64,000 nucleotides of DNA from an uncultured Bacteroidales bacterium (lineage in GTDB: Bacteria; Bacteroidota; Bacteroidia; Bacteroidales; UBA932). The DNA lies in assembly GCA_945948555.1 (NCBI GenBank), contig CAMFBM010000003.1:7839-71838 (forward strand), written 5' to 3'. Position 1 is the stretch's first letter. Each line of letters begins with the position of its first letter. This document shows positions 9,478 through 18,360 of the stretch, one piece after another. The translations under genes and the position numbers were made by a program. The notes beneath the pieces are model-generated. The model ran no database searches. It saw nothing but the letters and a program-made list of their open reading frames with translations, and was not told the origin of the DNA.

Positions 9478-10665
9478 ATGAAAACAACTAAATTCTTTTT
9501 CTGCGGACTGATGACAGTTGCGATGCTTGCTGTTTCTTCAGTCGTTTCCGCACAGGAAAAAAGCAACAAGGATGCCGAAGGACGTACAGTTCGTGGCCCT
9601 TATGAGACCAACTCATTTGGCTCCAACTGGTTTATCGGTGTTGCTGGTGGTATCAATACTGTTGCCACTTTCAAGCTTCCTGCTGGTATGACCAACAAGG
9701 CAGGAGTCGGCGGAGCAGTTGAGCTTACAGTCGGGAAATGGGTCACCCCTTGCGTTGGTCTCCGTCTCGGATACCAGGGTATCGGACTTAACGGAAAACT
9801 GATTAATGCCGGTGTGTCAGAGTCTTACAAGAGACCGTATCACTATGCACACGCAGAAGTTCTCTGGAATGTTTCCAATGCCATTGGTGGTTACAGAGAT
9901 GACAGGTTCTGGAATTTCAGTCCATATTTGACTACAGGTTATGTGTATTCAAAGGCCAGCAACTATGTTCTCGGTGTCGGTCTCCTGAACAGCCTCAGGC
10001 TTACAGACCGCCTCGACCTCACCATTGACCTTCGTGGTGTAACCAGCAAGGCTCAAATGCTCGGTCTGCCTTCAGGCCGCAATCTCGTTTTCTCTGCACT
10101 TGTGGGACTTTCAGTGGATCTCGGCAAGAATAAATGGAAGAGAGTTACCCAGATTCCTGAGGGTTATGCTCCATACAGCACTGCAATGGTTGACGAACTC
10201 AAGAGCAAGAATGCACAGTATGCCAAGGAGAATGACCAGCTCGGCAGGGAAGTCGCTTCTCTCAAGAAAGAGAATGGTGCTCTCAGAAGCGAGAACGATG
10301 CTCTCAAGAAAGCAGTCAAGACTCCTAAGAAACTTACTGTCACTTCAGGTGCCGTATTCTTCAAGATTGGCGAGACTACTCTCAGCTCTGCTGATTTGTA
10401 TCAGCTTGACTTCTATGTCAAGAATGTCATCGAGCAGGATCCTGAGGCCAAGTTCCTCCTTACCGGATATGCTGACAAGAACACCGGTGGCAAGAAACGT
10501 AACCAGTACTTGAGTGAAAAGAGGGTTGAGTATGTATCCAACCTCCTCCGCACGAAGTACAATGTTGATGCAAACCGCATCATTGTCAAGGCTGTCGGTT
10601 CAGAAGCTGCATTCAGCGACAAGGTTGAACTCAACAGATGCGTTGTTCTCGAGTACGCTGAGTAA
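9478..10665 (+). CDS. OmpA-family outer membrane protein
   Basis: Signal peptide, beta-barrel region, coiled-coil linker, and OmpA C-domain VFFKIG...TGYADKNTG...LSEKRVEYV...NRCVV. Confidence 0.92.
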   Translation: MKTTKFFFCGLMTVAMLAVSSVVSAQEKSNKDAEGRTVRGPYETNSFGSNWFIGVAGGINTVATFKLPAGMTNKAGVGGAVELTVGKWVTPCVGLRLGYQGIGLNGKLINAGVSESYKRPYHYAHAEVLWNVSNAIGGYRDDRFWNFSPYLTTGYVYSKASNYVLGVGLLNSLRLTDRLDLTIDLRGVTSKAQMLGLPSGRNLVFSALVGLSVDLGKNKWKRVTQIPEGYAPYSTAMVDELKSKNAQYAKENDQLGREVASLKKENGALRSENDALKKAVKTPKKLTVTSGAVFFKIGETTLSSADLYQLDFYVKNVIEQDPEAKFLLTGYADKNTGGKKRNQYLSEKRVEYVSNLLRTKYNVDANRIIVKAVGSEAAFSDKVELNRCVVLEYAE

Positions 10666-10694
10666 TTCTGAAAAGAGAATAATTCTGAAAATAT

Positions 10695-10727
10695 GGACGC
10701 TGCCCGAAAGGTGGCGTCCTTTTTTTT
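10695..10727 (+). terminator. Intrinsic terminator after the OmpA gene
   Basis: GGACGCTGCC-CGAAA-GGTGGCGTCC hairpin plus T8. Confidence 0.85.
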
Positions 10728-10764
10728 CTTATCTTTGCGCCGTTTGAGAAACAGAAGGTTCAAT

Positions 10765-11811
10765 ATGAGATTACCTGCAGAATGGGAAAAACAGAGCGGC
10801 ATCCAGCTCACCTGGCCGCATGAAGACACCGAATGGTATGAACTCGAAAAGGTGAAGGAATGTTATGTGGACATAGCCCGCAACATTCTGAGGTTCGAAC
10901 CCCTGATGATTGTGTGCCGGGACATTGACGAAGCAAAGGCTGACATCGCAGCGGTGTGCGCCCGCAGGGACTGGAGCATTGACCTGGACAGGGTCAGATT
11001 CCGCGTAGCCCCTCTGAATGACACCTGGGCACGCGATCACGGAGGGATTTCAGTCCACGGGGACAATGGTGAGAAGTATCTCTACGACTTTGTCTTCAAC
11101 GGATGGGGACTGAAGTTCGCCTCGAACCTTGACAATCAAATCACCAGGACAATATTCACTTCAGGAGCCTTCAATGACGATGTGCTCGGGGTTGACATGA
11201 GGCCGTTCGTACTGGAGGGCGGCAGCATTGACACAGACGGATGCGGAACAATGCTTACCACGACCCGCTGCCTGACAAGCGTGAACAGGAATGAATATCT
11301 TACCCGTGATGAAATCGAGGGCGAACTCAAAAGCGCTTTCGGACTCGACAGGGTTCTGTGGCTTGATTATGGAGAGATTCTCGGGGATGACACGGACTCC
11401 CACATCGACACTCTTGCGAGGTTCTGCTCCCGGGACACCATAGCCTACGTTCAGTGCACCGACCCTGATGACCCTCATTATGAGGAACTCAGGGAGATGG
11501 AGAATCAGCTTCGCAGTTTCAGGACGGCCGACGGGAAACGTTACAATCTTGTTCCACTCCCTCTGCCTGAACCGCTTTACCTTGAGGATTACCGTCTTCC
11601 TGCATCATACGCAAATTTCCTGATAGTCAATGGAGGGGTGCTTCTCCCAGGGGCCTGCTCTCCGCTTGACGAAGTGGCCAGAGAGCGTCTGAAGAAGGCA
11701 TTCCCGGATAGGGAAGTGGTTGTGGTTGACTGCAGGGCCTTGCTCTCAGGGCACGGCTCCCTGCATTGCGTCACGATGCAGTTCCCGGAAGGCTGGCTCA
11801 GAATGGATTAA
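10765..11811 (+). CDS. aguA: Agmatine deiminase (PAD_porph family)
   Basis: RLPAEWEKQ, NDTWARDHGG, LEGGSIDTDG, DDTDSHIDTLARF and terminal GSLHCVTMQ. Confidence 0.9.
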   Translation: MRLPAEWEKQSGIQLTWPHEDTEWYELEKVKECYVDIARNILRFEPLMIVCRDIDEAKADIAAVCARRDWSIDLDRVRFRVAPLNDTWARDHGGISVHGDNGEKYLYDFVFNGWGLKFASNLDNQITRTIFTSGAFNDDVLGVDMRPFVLEGGSIDTDGCGTMLTTTRCLTSVNRNEYLTRDEIEGELKSAFGLDRVLWLDYGEILGDDTDSHIDTLARFCSRDTIAYVQCTDPDDPHYEELREMENQLRSFRTADGKRYNLVPLPLPEPLYLEDYRLPASYANFLIVNGGVLLPGACSPLDEVARERLKKAFPDREVVVVDCRALLSGHGSLHCVTMQFPEGWLRMD

Positions 11812-11878
11812 TCTCTTCCGAGACAATCTGGTATAATTTATCTTCAAAAAACTTAATAAAATCGGAAACCGGAATATT

Positions 11879-12763
11879 ATGAACATACTGAAAGTCGGAC
11901 TGGTACAGCAGTCCTGCACAGAGGACATCTCTGCAAACATTGAAAAACTCAAGGCAAATATTCGTGAATGTGCCCGGCAGGGTGCCCGTTTGGTAGTGCT
12001 CCAGGAACTTCACAATTCATTGTATTTCTGCAAGACTGAAGAGGCTGCGCTGTGTGACCTCGCGGAGCCGATTCCGGGGCCTTCCACAGAAACTTTCGGA
12101 GCCCTTGCAAAGGAACTCGGCATTGTCCTTGTCCTTTCGCTTTTTGAAAGGAGAACGGCCGGAATCTACCACAACACTGCGGTTGTGCTGGAAAGTGACG
12201 GAACCATTGCCGGGAAATACCGCAAGATGCACATCCCGGATGACCCTTGTTACTACGAGAAGTTCTATTTCACCCCGGGTGACCTTGGCTTCAAGCCAAT
12301 CGAGACCTCGGTCGGCACCCTCGGAGTGCTGGTGTGCTGGGACCAGTGGTATCCTGAGGCAGCACGCTGTATGGCACTCAACGGTGCCCAGCTGCTGATT
12401 TATCCGACAGCCATAGGAGGAGTCTACACGGATCCCGAAGAGGAGCAGAAGGTTCAGAGCGATGCCTGGCAGCTGGTTCAGAGAGGACATTCAGTTGCCA
12501 ACGGCCTTCCTGTTGTGACAGTCAACAGAACCGGCCAGGAGGATGACCCGAGCGGAAACACCAAGGGCATACGTTTCTGGGGACGTTCTTTTGCCACGGG
12601 CCCTCAGGGTGAGCTTCTTTGCGAGTTCGGCAAGGATGAGGAAGGTGTCAAAGTCGTCGAGATTGACCTCGACCGCACGGAATACGTCCGCAGGGGATGG
12701 CCGTTCTTCCGCGACCGTCGCATAGACGCCTACGGCGATGTGCTCAAGAGATATGGAAAATAA
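11879..12763 (+). CDS. aguB: Carbon-nitrogen hydrolase, probable N-carbamoylputrescine amidase
   Basis: [25 protein letters not shown] and VCWDQWYPE motifs; lies next to agmatine deiminase. Confidence 0.88.
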   Translation: MNILKVGLVQQSCTEDISANIEKLKANIRECARQGARLVVLQELHNSLYFCKTEEAALCDLAEPIPGPSTETFGALAKELGIVLVLSLFERRTAGIYHNTAVVLESDGTIAGKYRKMHIPDDPCYYEKFYFTPGDLGFKPIETSVGTLGVLVCWDQWYPEAARCMALNGAQLLIYPTAIGGVYTDPEEEQKVQSDAWQLVQRGHSVANGLPVVTVNRTGQEDDPSGNTKGIRFWGRSFATGPQGELLCEFGKDEEGVKVVEIDLDRTEYVRRGWPFFRDRRIDAYGDVLKRYGK

Positions 12764-12791
12764 TGAATATACCGTAATAATATATAAAAAT

Positions 12792-13976
12792 ATGGTAAAT
12801 ATAGGAAATATTTTCACAAAACGGGGGAAAAAGGCCCTGCTTTGCGGATCAGGTGAACTCGGAAAAGAGGTTGCCATCGAGCTTGAAAGGTACGGGGTCG
12901 AGGTTGTGGCTCTGGACAAATATGAAAATGCTCCGGCAATGCAGGTGGCCAATTCATCATACGTCCTGTCAATGCTTGACGGTGATGCCCTTGAGGCAAT
13001 CATCAAGGAGGAGAAGCCTGACTACATCATTCCTGAAATCGAGGCGATTGCAACGGACAGACTTGTGAAACTTGAGCAGGAGGGCTTCAGGGTAATCCCT
13101 ACGGCAAATGCCACCCGCCTGACAATGAACAGGGAAGGCATCCGTAGGCTTGCTGCCGAGACACTCGGACTGCCGACATCCCCTTACCGTTTCGCTTCCG
13201 ACAGGGAAGAATTCCTCGCGGCTGTTTCTGAAATAGGCCTGCCTTGTGTCGTGAAACCCGTGATGAGCTCATCGGGACACGGTCAGAGCACAATCAGGAC
13301 AGAGGACCAGATTGAGCAGGCCTGGCGTGTTTCCCAGGAGGGAGGCCGTGCAGGCAGCGGAAAGGTCATCGTGGAGGGTTTTGTGAAATTTGATTACGAA
13401 ATCACCCTGCTCACTGTCCGTCATTCTGCCGGCACCACCTTCCTCAAACCTGTTGGCCATCATCAGGTTGACGGAGATTACCGCGAGTCCTGGCAGCCGC
13501 AGGCAATGTCTGAAGAGGCAATCCGGAAGGCTGAGAAAATCGCCGGGGCCGTTACCGAGGCTCTTGGAGGTTACGGAATCTTCGGCGTGGAGCTGTTTGT
13601 TAAAGGTGACGAGGTCATTTTCAGCGAGGTCTCTCCGCGTCCGCACGACACCGGGATGGTAACGATGGCTTCCCAGGATCTGTCGGAGTTCGGCCTTCAC
13701 GCGCGTGCCGTCCTCGGTCTGCCTGTTCCTGAAGTGAAATTCATTTCGCCGGCGGCATCCAAGGCGATTGTGGTCGAGGGAGACACGACGGAGTACGAGT
13801 TCTGCAATCTTGAAAAGGTTCTTGAGGAGCCTGGAGTACAGATAAGGATGTTCGGAAAGCCTGAAATCAGGGGCCATCGCCGGGTGGGAGTACTGCTTGC
13901 CACCGCTACGACTGTGGAAGAGGCCCTCGCAAAGGTTGAGAGGGCGTATGCAAAACTATCCGTCAAGGTATATTGA
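12792..13976 (+). CDS. purT: Formate-dependent phosphoribosylglycinamide formyltransferase
   Basis: [36 protein letters not shown] and [13 protein letters not shown]. Confidence 0.96.
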   Translation: MVNIGNIFTKRGKKALLCGSGELGKEVAIELERYGVEVVALDKYENAPAMQVANSSYVLSMLDGDALEAIIKEEKPDYIIPEIEAIATDRLVKLEQEGFRVIPTANATRLTMNREGIRRLAAETLGLPTSPYRFASDREEFLAAVSEIGLPCVVKPVMSSSGHGQSTIRTEDQIEQAWRVSQEGGRAGSGKVIVEGFVKFDYEITLLTVRHSAGTTFLKPVGHHQVDGDYRESWQPQAMSEEAIRKAEKIAGAVTEALGGYGIFGVELFVKGDEVIFSEVSPRPHDTGMVTMASQDLSEFGLHARAVLGLPVPEVKFISPAASKAIVVEGDTTEYEFCNLEKVLEEPGVQIRMFGKPEIRGHRRVGVLLATATTVEEALAKVERAYAKLSVKVY

Positions 13977-13994
13977 CTTCTGAAGGGCAGTCCT

Positions 13995-14834
13995 TTATTT
14001 GAACTTTGCCAGTTCGGCAAGTTCACTGTCAATCCTGATTTTGTCGATGATTGAGCAGACCACTTTGTAGGTTCTGCTCTCTTTCGTATATACGGCCGGT
14101 GTGATGAAATTTACCCTGCCCTGTTTCAGGAGTTTGCGGGCGGTAAGGCGTTTCTTGGGGATTGAGGGGTTGTAAACGGCTATTGAATTGCCTCCGAACA
14201 TCTTCACGATTTTCATACACGGAACGTCAGTCTCTCCGTCTCCGAAATATATCATATTCGAGAAAGGGATTCTCTTGTTTTCCTCCATCTGACTTTCGTT
14301 CACCTTCTTGTTGTCGCGGATGCTGAGGATTCCCTTGTTGATTTTGAAGAGGAACTGGGTCTTTGCGGTGTAATCCACTGCCACTCCCGGCCACTCCGCC
14401 TCCCCGTTTTCATCATAGAGGAAAGAGCAGGCGAATATTCTCTTGAATTCCTTTGCAATCGGAGTCCCTTCGACGATTTCTGCCAGGCCCGAGGAGTTGA
14501 TGTAATGTTCCACGATTACACCCTGTGACTTTCCGTAGTCCTTTACTGCCTTGAACCATTCCCTGACTCCCTCGAACAGTTCCACCTGATGCCCGAACCT
14601 GCGGAAGTCCTCCCTTCGGAGACTGATTCCGGCCTTTTTTGCCTCATCAAACATCAGTTTCATGTAGCTGAGAATGTTGCTGGCATCCTGCCCCTTGGCA
14701 ATCTCGTCGCTTGCCTTCCAAAATTCCTCCGGGCTTTTTCCTATTGCCTGGATGAAGCCGAATTCCTGCATGTTGCCGGGGGATAGCGTCCCGTCAAAGT
14801 CATAGACCAATGCCACTACCGGTTTCTTTCTCAT
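13995..14834 (-). CDS. HAD-superfamily hydrolase
   Basis: Motif I YDFDGTL and motif IV YFGDGETD. Start set at MRKKP (track start is 14864). Confidence 0.85.
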   Translation of the reverse strand: MRKKPVVALVYDFDGTLSPGNMQEFGFIQAIGKSPEEFWKASDEIAKGQDASNILSYMKLMFDEAKKAGISLRREDFRRFGHQVELFEGVREWFKAVKDYGKSQGVIVEHYINSSGLAEIVEGTPIAKEFKRIFACSFLYDENGEAEWPGVAVDYTAKTQFLFKINKGILSIRDNKKVNESQMEENKRIPFSNMIYFGDGETDVPCMKIVKMFGGNSIAVYNPSIPKKRLTARKLLKQGRVNFITPAVYTKESRTYKVVCSIIDKIRIDSELAELAKFK

Positions 14835-14967
14835 AAGTCGTATTTCATTAAGGGTTACAAACATACATATAAAATTGTGACATTGTGTCAGGAATCTGCA
14901 AAAAATCCATTAATATGAAATCAAAATTTTCTAAATTTGCGTGATTTAACATAAACTGACTATATCT

Positions 14968-16602
14968 ATGAAACATTATTTCACTCGACTTGAGGAAACG
15001 ATGCGTGCGCATTGGGACAAGCCGGCTCTCTGCAACTATCACGGGGAAGAGTTCACATTCGGGGACGTGGCGACAAAAATAGAGCGTTTTCATCTTGTTT
15101 TTGAGTCTGTCGGGGTAAAGAAAGGCGACAAGATCGCCCTCTGTGCCAAAAACTCCGCGCGTTGGGGCATTTCTTTCCTGTCCGTTGTGACCTACGAGGC
15201 AGTCGTGGTTCCGATTCTTGCGGATTTCCTTCCGGAGAGCGTGAACCATCTCGTGGACCATTCCGAAAGCAGAATCCTGTTCACCGATCCTGACATCTGG
15301 AAAAAACTTGACATCTCCAAGATGCCGAACATCAGCACGGTGGTCTCCGTGGCGGATTTCACAATCCTCTACGCTGATGATGACAGGACAAGGGAGGCCC
15401 TCGCGTCGCTTGATGACCTTTACAGGGAGCGTTTCCCTGAAGGAGTGAAACCTGAGGATGTGCATTATCCGGTTGACAATGACAAGGAACTGTCAATCAT
15501 AAACTACACCTCCGGAACCACAAGCGCACCGAAGGGAGTGATGCTCCGCCACGAGTGCCTTTCCTCAAACGTGCAGTTCGGACAGGACAACATCCCTTCA
15601 TATCCGGAGGACAACATCGTCTCGATGCTCCCTATGGCGCATATGTACGGAATGATGTTCGAGTTCATCTATCCTCTCTGCGGGGGAACCACGGTCTATT
15701 TCCTCGGCAAGACACCGACTCCGGCCCTTCTTCTGGGGGCGATGAAGGAGGTGAAACCTTACCTTGTCATCACTGTGCCTCTTGTAATGGAGAAAATCTT
15801 CAAGAGCGCCCTTCTTCCTAAGCTCAAGACTCCGGCAATGAAGGTGCTTACCGCCATCCCGGGGGTGAACAGAATCATCTTCAAGAAAATCAGGGAGAAA
15901 CTGCTGTCCGCTTTTGGCGGCAAGGTACGCTCGATCATTATGGGTGGAGCCGCCCTGAATCCAGAAGTGGAGGCGTGGTTCAAGAAAATCGGCATTCCGT
16001 TCACGGTTGGCTACGGAATGACCGAGGCCGCCCCTCTGCTTGCATACGCTCCTTGGGAGGAGTTCGTTCCTAAGTCCTGCGGAAAGGCTGTTGACAGGGA
16101 GGAGGTCAGGATTGATTCCGACGATCCGCAGAATGTCGTCGGTGAAATCCAGGCCAGGGGAACCAACATTATGAGCGGCTACTACAAGAACGAGGAGGCC
16201 ACACGCGCTGCGTTCACAGCCGACGGCTGGATGAACACCGGTGACCTCGGAGTGATTGACGCCCAGGGGAATATCTTCATCAGGGGAAGGAGCAAGAATA
16301 TGATTCTCTCTTCCAACGGACAGAACATCTATCCTGAGGAGGTCGAGGCAGTGGTGAACAACCAGCCGTATGTCGTCGAGTCCGTAGTCGTTGACCGCGC
16401 CTCCAAACTTGTCGCCCTCGTGTATGTGGACAAGGACGCCCTCGCAAAGGACCAGGTGGATTTCGAGAGCCTTGTGCCGGGGATGATGACCGTGGTCAAC
16501 AAACAACTCCCTTCCTACAGCAAGATCACGAAGTTCGAAGTCGTTGATTCTCCGTTCGAGAAGACTCCAAAGATGAGTATCAAGCGCTTCCTCTACAAAT
16601 AG
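14968..16602 (+). CDS. Long-chain fatty acid-CoA ligase (AMP-binding family)
   Basis: YTSGTTSAPKG, VGYGMTE, TGDLG and QNIYPEEVE motifs. Confidence 0.92.
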   Translation: MKHYFTRLEETMRAHWDKPALCNYHGEEFTFGDVATKIERFHLVFESVGVKKGDKIALCAKNSARWGISFLSVVTYEAVVVPILADFLPESVNHLVDHSESRILFTDPDIWKKLDISKMPNISTVVSVADFTILYADDDRTREALASLDDLYRERFPEGVKPEDVHYPVDNDKELSIINYTSGTTSAPKGVMLRHECLSSNVQFGQDNIPSYPEDNIVSMLPMAHMYGMMFEFIYPLCGGTTVYFLGKTPTPALLLGAMKEVKPYLVITVPLVMEKIFKSALLPKLKTPAMKVLTAIPGVNRIIFKKIREKLLSAFGGKVRSIIMGGAALNPEVEAWFKKIGIPFTVGYGMTEAAPLLAYAPWEEFVPKSCGKAVDREEVRIDSDDPQNVVGEIQARGTNIMSGYYKNEEATRAAFTADGWMNTGDLGVIDAQGNIFIRGRSKNMILSSNGQNIYPEEVEAVVNNQPYVVESVVVDRASKLVALVYVDKDALAKDQVDFESLVPGMMTVVNKQLPSYSKITKFEVVDSPFEKTPKMSIKRFLYK

Positions 16603-16636
16603 CCTTCAGTAATCCCTGTGATTACCGTCGATTGTC

Positions 16637-16670
16637 AAGTCCCGGACTGTTTTCAGCCCGGGATTTTTTT
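16637..16670 (+). terminator. Intrinsic terminator after the acyl-CoA ligase gene
   Basis: AAGTCCCGG...CCGGGATT hairpin followed by a T run. Confidence 0.75.
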
Positions 16671-16674
16671 CCCT

Positions 16675-16703
16675 TGCAACGATTGTACGGTTGATTGCAT
16701 CTA
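16675..16703 (+). promoter_or_regulatory. Possible ECF sigma promoter
   Basis: TGCAAC-N17-CATCTA, 45 nt upstream of ATG 16749. Confidence 0.4.
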
Positions 16704-16748
16704 ATTGTGGCGTTTGGGGATTGTGTACGGTCCCTTAAATTTTGCTGT

Positions 16749-17378
16749 ATGAGAAAAACTATAGTTGCATTTGTCCTCCTGGCCCTCTCCTGTGCGCTTG
16801 CCCTTGCGCAGGAGAAGATGTCGAAGGAGGAGCGTTTCAGGGAGAAATTCCCTTTCAAGTATGAAGTGAGGTTCGGCTGGTCGGGCTATCCTGTGTTCGA
16901 CGACCTGAGTTATGGTTCGAGGACCTGCTGTGATGTGGAGCCCTGGACCGCCCCGGACATTGACAATTTCTACGGAACCCGGTACGGAGACTCTTATATG
17001 ACAGGAATTTTCTCCGGTGAGTTCGTGGTGCATTTCCGCAGGTGGTTCTCCCTCGGTGCGACATTGGGTGTGAACGGGATGTGGAGAAATGTGTATGACA
17101 CTGTGGACCCCCAGATGAACCGTACCGAGAGGGGAGCGGTGGTCACAATCCTCCCGACAGCCTATTTCAACTGGGTGAATCTGAAGTATGCCAGATTCTA
17201 TTCCGGAGTCGGGCTGGGTGTCAGTGCCGGATGTTTCCACGATAAGGTTTACTGCCTTCCGGCCTTCCAGGTCATCCCTGTCGGTGTCAATGTCGGTTAC
17301 AAGGTGTTCTTCCTTGCCGAGACCGCTCTCGGGACATCCTGGCTGGGCGGTAAAATAGGTGTAGGTGTCAGATTCTGA
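16749..17378 (+). CDS. Hypothetical outer-membrane beta-barrel protein
   Basis: Signal peptide (ALALA-Q), alternating aromatic/Gly strands, C-terminal GVGVRF beta-signal. Confidence 0.7.
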   Translation: MRKTIVAFVLLALSCALALAQEKMSKEERFREKFPFKYEVRFGWSGYPVFDDLSYGSRTCCDVEPWTAPDIDNFYGTRYGDSYMTGIFSGEFVVHFRRWFSLGATLGVNGMWRNVYDTVDPQMNRTERGAVVTILPTAYFNWVNLKYARFYSGVGLGVSAGCFHDKVYCLPAFQVIPVGVNVGYKVFFLAETALGTSWLGGKIGVGVRF

Positions 17379-17395
17379 AAATGGAGGAAGGTGTT

Positions 17396-18175
17396 ATGAA
17401 GAAGATATTTACAATTTTGTCTGTCTGCCTGTGCAGTGTCTCCTGTGTCTTTTCTTCAGGGGATTATGGCTCCGGAGGAGATTCGCGTTACAATCTGATC
17501 AACTATTCGGACATTCTTGTTGACAAGGCGGTGTTTGTCCCTCTTGATATCACCAAGGCTGCAATCCTTTTTGATGAATATCTCACCCTTTCGGAGGAGG
17601 AAAAGATGAACTGCAACACAATTATTCCGCAATCCGTGGTTGAGGCCGCTGACGGTGTTTACAGTTTCAACGCTTCATTCGGACGGCATTTCGTCAGTTG
17701 TGTGGTTGACACGAAAAACAAGTCGGTTTTCGATCCGGATGCCGAGTGGGAGTTCGCCTGCAGCGGGATCAACACCCCGGAACTGCATTACGGCTCTTAT
17801 GTGGGGGAAGATGTGAGGATTGTTCTTTCAAAGAACCCCTCAGGCGACCAGTGGTCGATGACCGTGAAGGACATTGTCATTGACCTCAAGCGTCTTGCGC
17901 CATCCGCCTCCGGGCTCCAGCGATGGGAGGTCAAGACGGAGGGAAAGGAGGTTTCCAAGGTGGACAAAAGCCTCTTTGCCGAGTTCGCTTCCGACGGTTA
18001 TCTCACTGTCAGTGAGTACATCCGCAGCGAGGATTACGGTGATGTCAAGCCTGTCAGGAATTACCTCTCCGGGACATTCTCAATGAAGACCTACAAGGAA
18101 AACCGGGAGCTGGACCATTGCGAGGCAACCTACAAACCGGGATTCCAGACCCATTACAGCACGAGCAGGGACTGA
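17396..18175 (+). CDS. Hypothetical lipoprotein
   Basis: MKKIFTILSVCLCSVSC lipobox-like N-terminus; 260-codon ORF (track start is 17381). Confidence 0.7.
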   Translation: MKKIFTILSVCLCSVSCVFSSGDYGSGGDSRYNLINYSDILVDKAVFVPLDITKAAILFDEYLTLSEEEKMNCNTIIPQSVVEAADGVYSFNASFGRHFVSCVVDTKNKSVFDPDAEWEFACSGINTPELHYGSYVGEDVRIVLSKNPSGDQWSMTVKDIVIDLKRLAPSASGLQRWEVKTEGKEVSKVDKSLFAEFASDGYLTVSEYIRSEDYGDVKPVRNYLSGTFSMKTYKENRELDHCEATYKPGFQTHYSTSRD

Positions 18176-18233
18176 GTCCTCTCTCGGCGGACGAAGTCTC
18201 CCGTGGTCGGCCGGTTGACTGACAATTCTTCTT

Positions 18234-18260
18234 AAGACTGACAAATCGTCAGTCTTTTTT
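18234..18260 (+). terminator. Intrinsic terminator
   Basis: AAGACTGAC-AAATC-GTCAGTCTT plus a T run. Confidence 0.8.
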
Positions 18261-18360
18261 CTTTATTCCCTCTGTCCGGGGCGTCTTTCGCCCATTGGAA
18301 CATATTTTGACTTATATGTGATATATAAAATATGTATATATAAATTAAAATATATCAACT

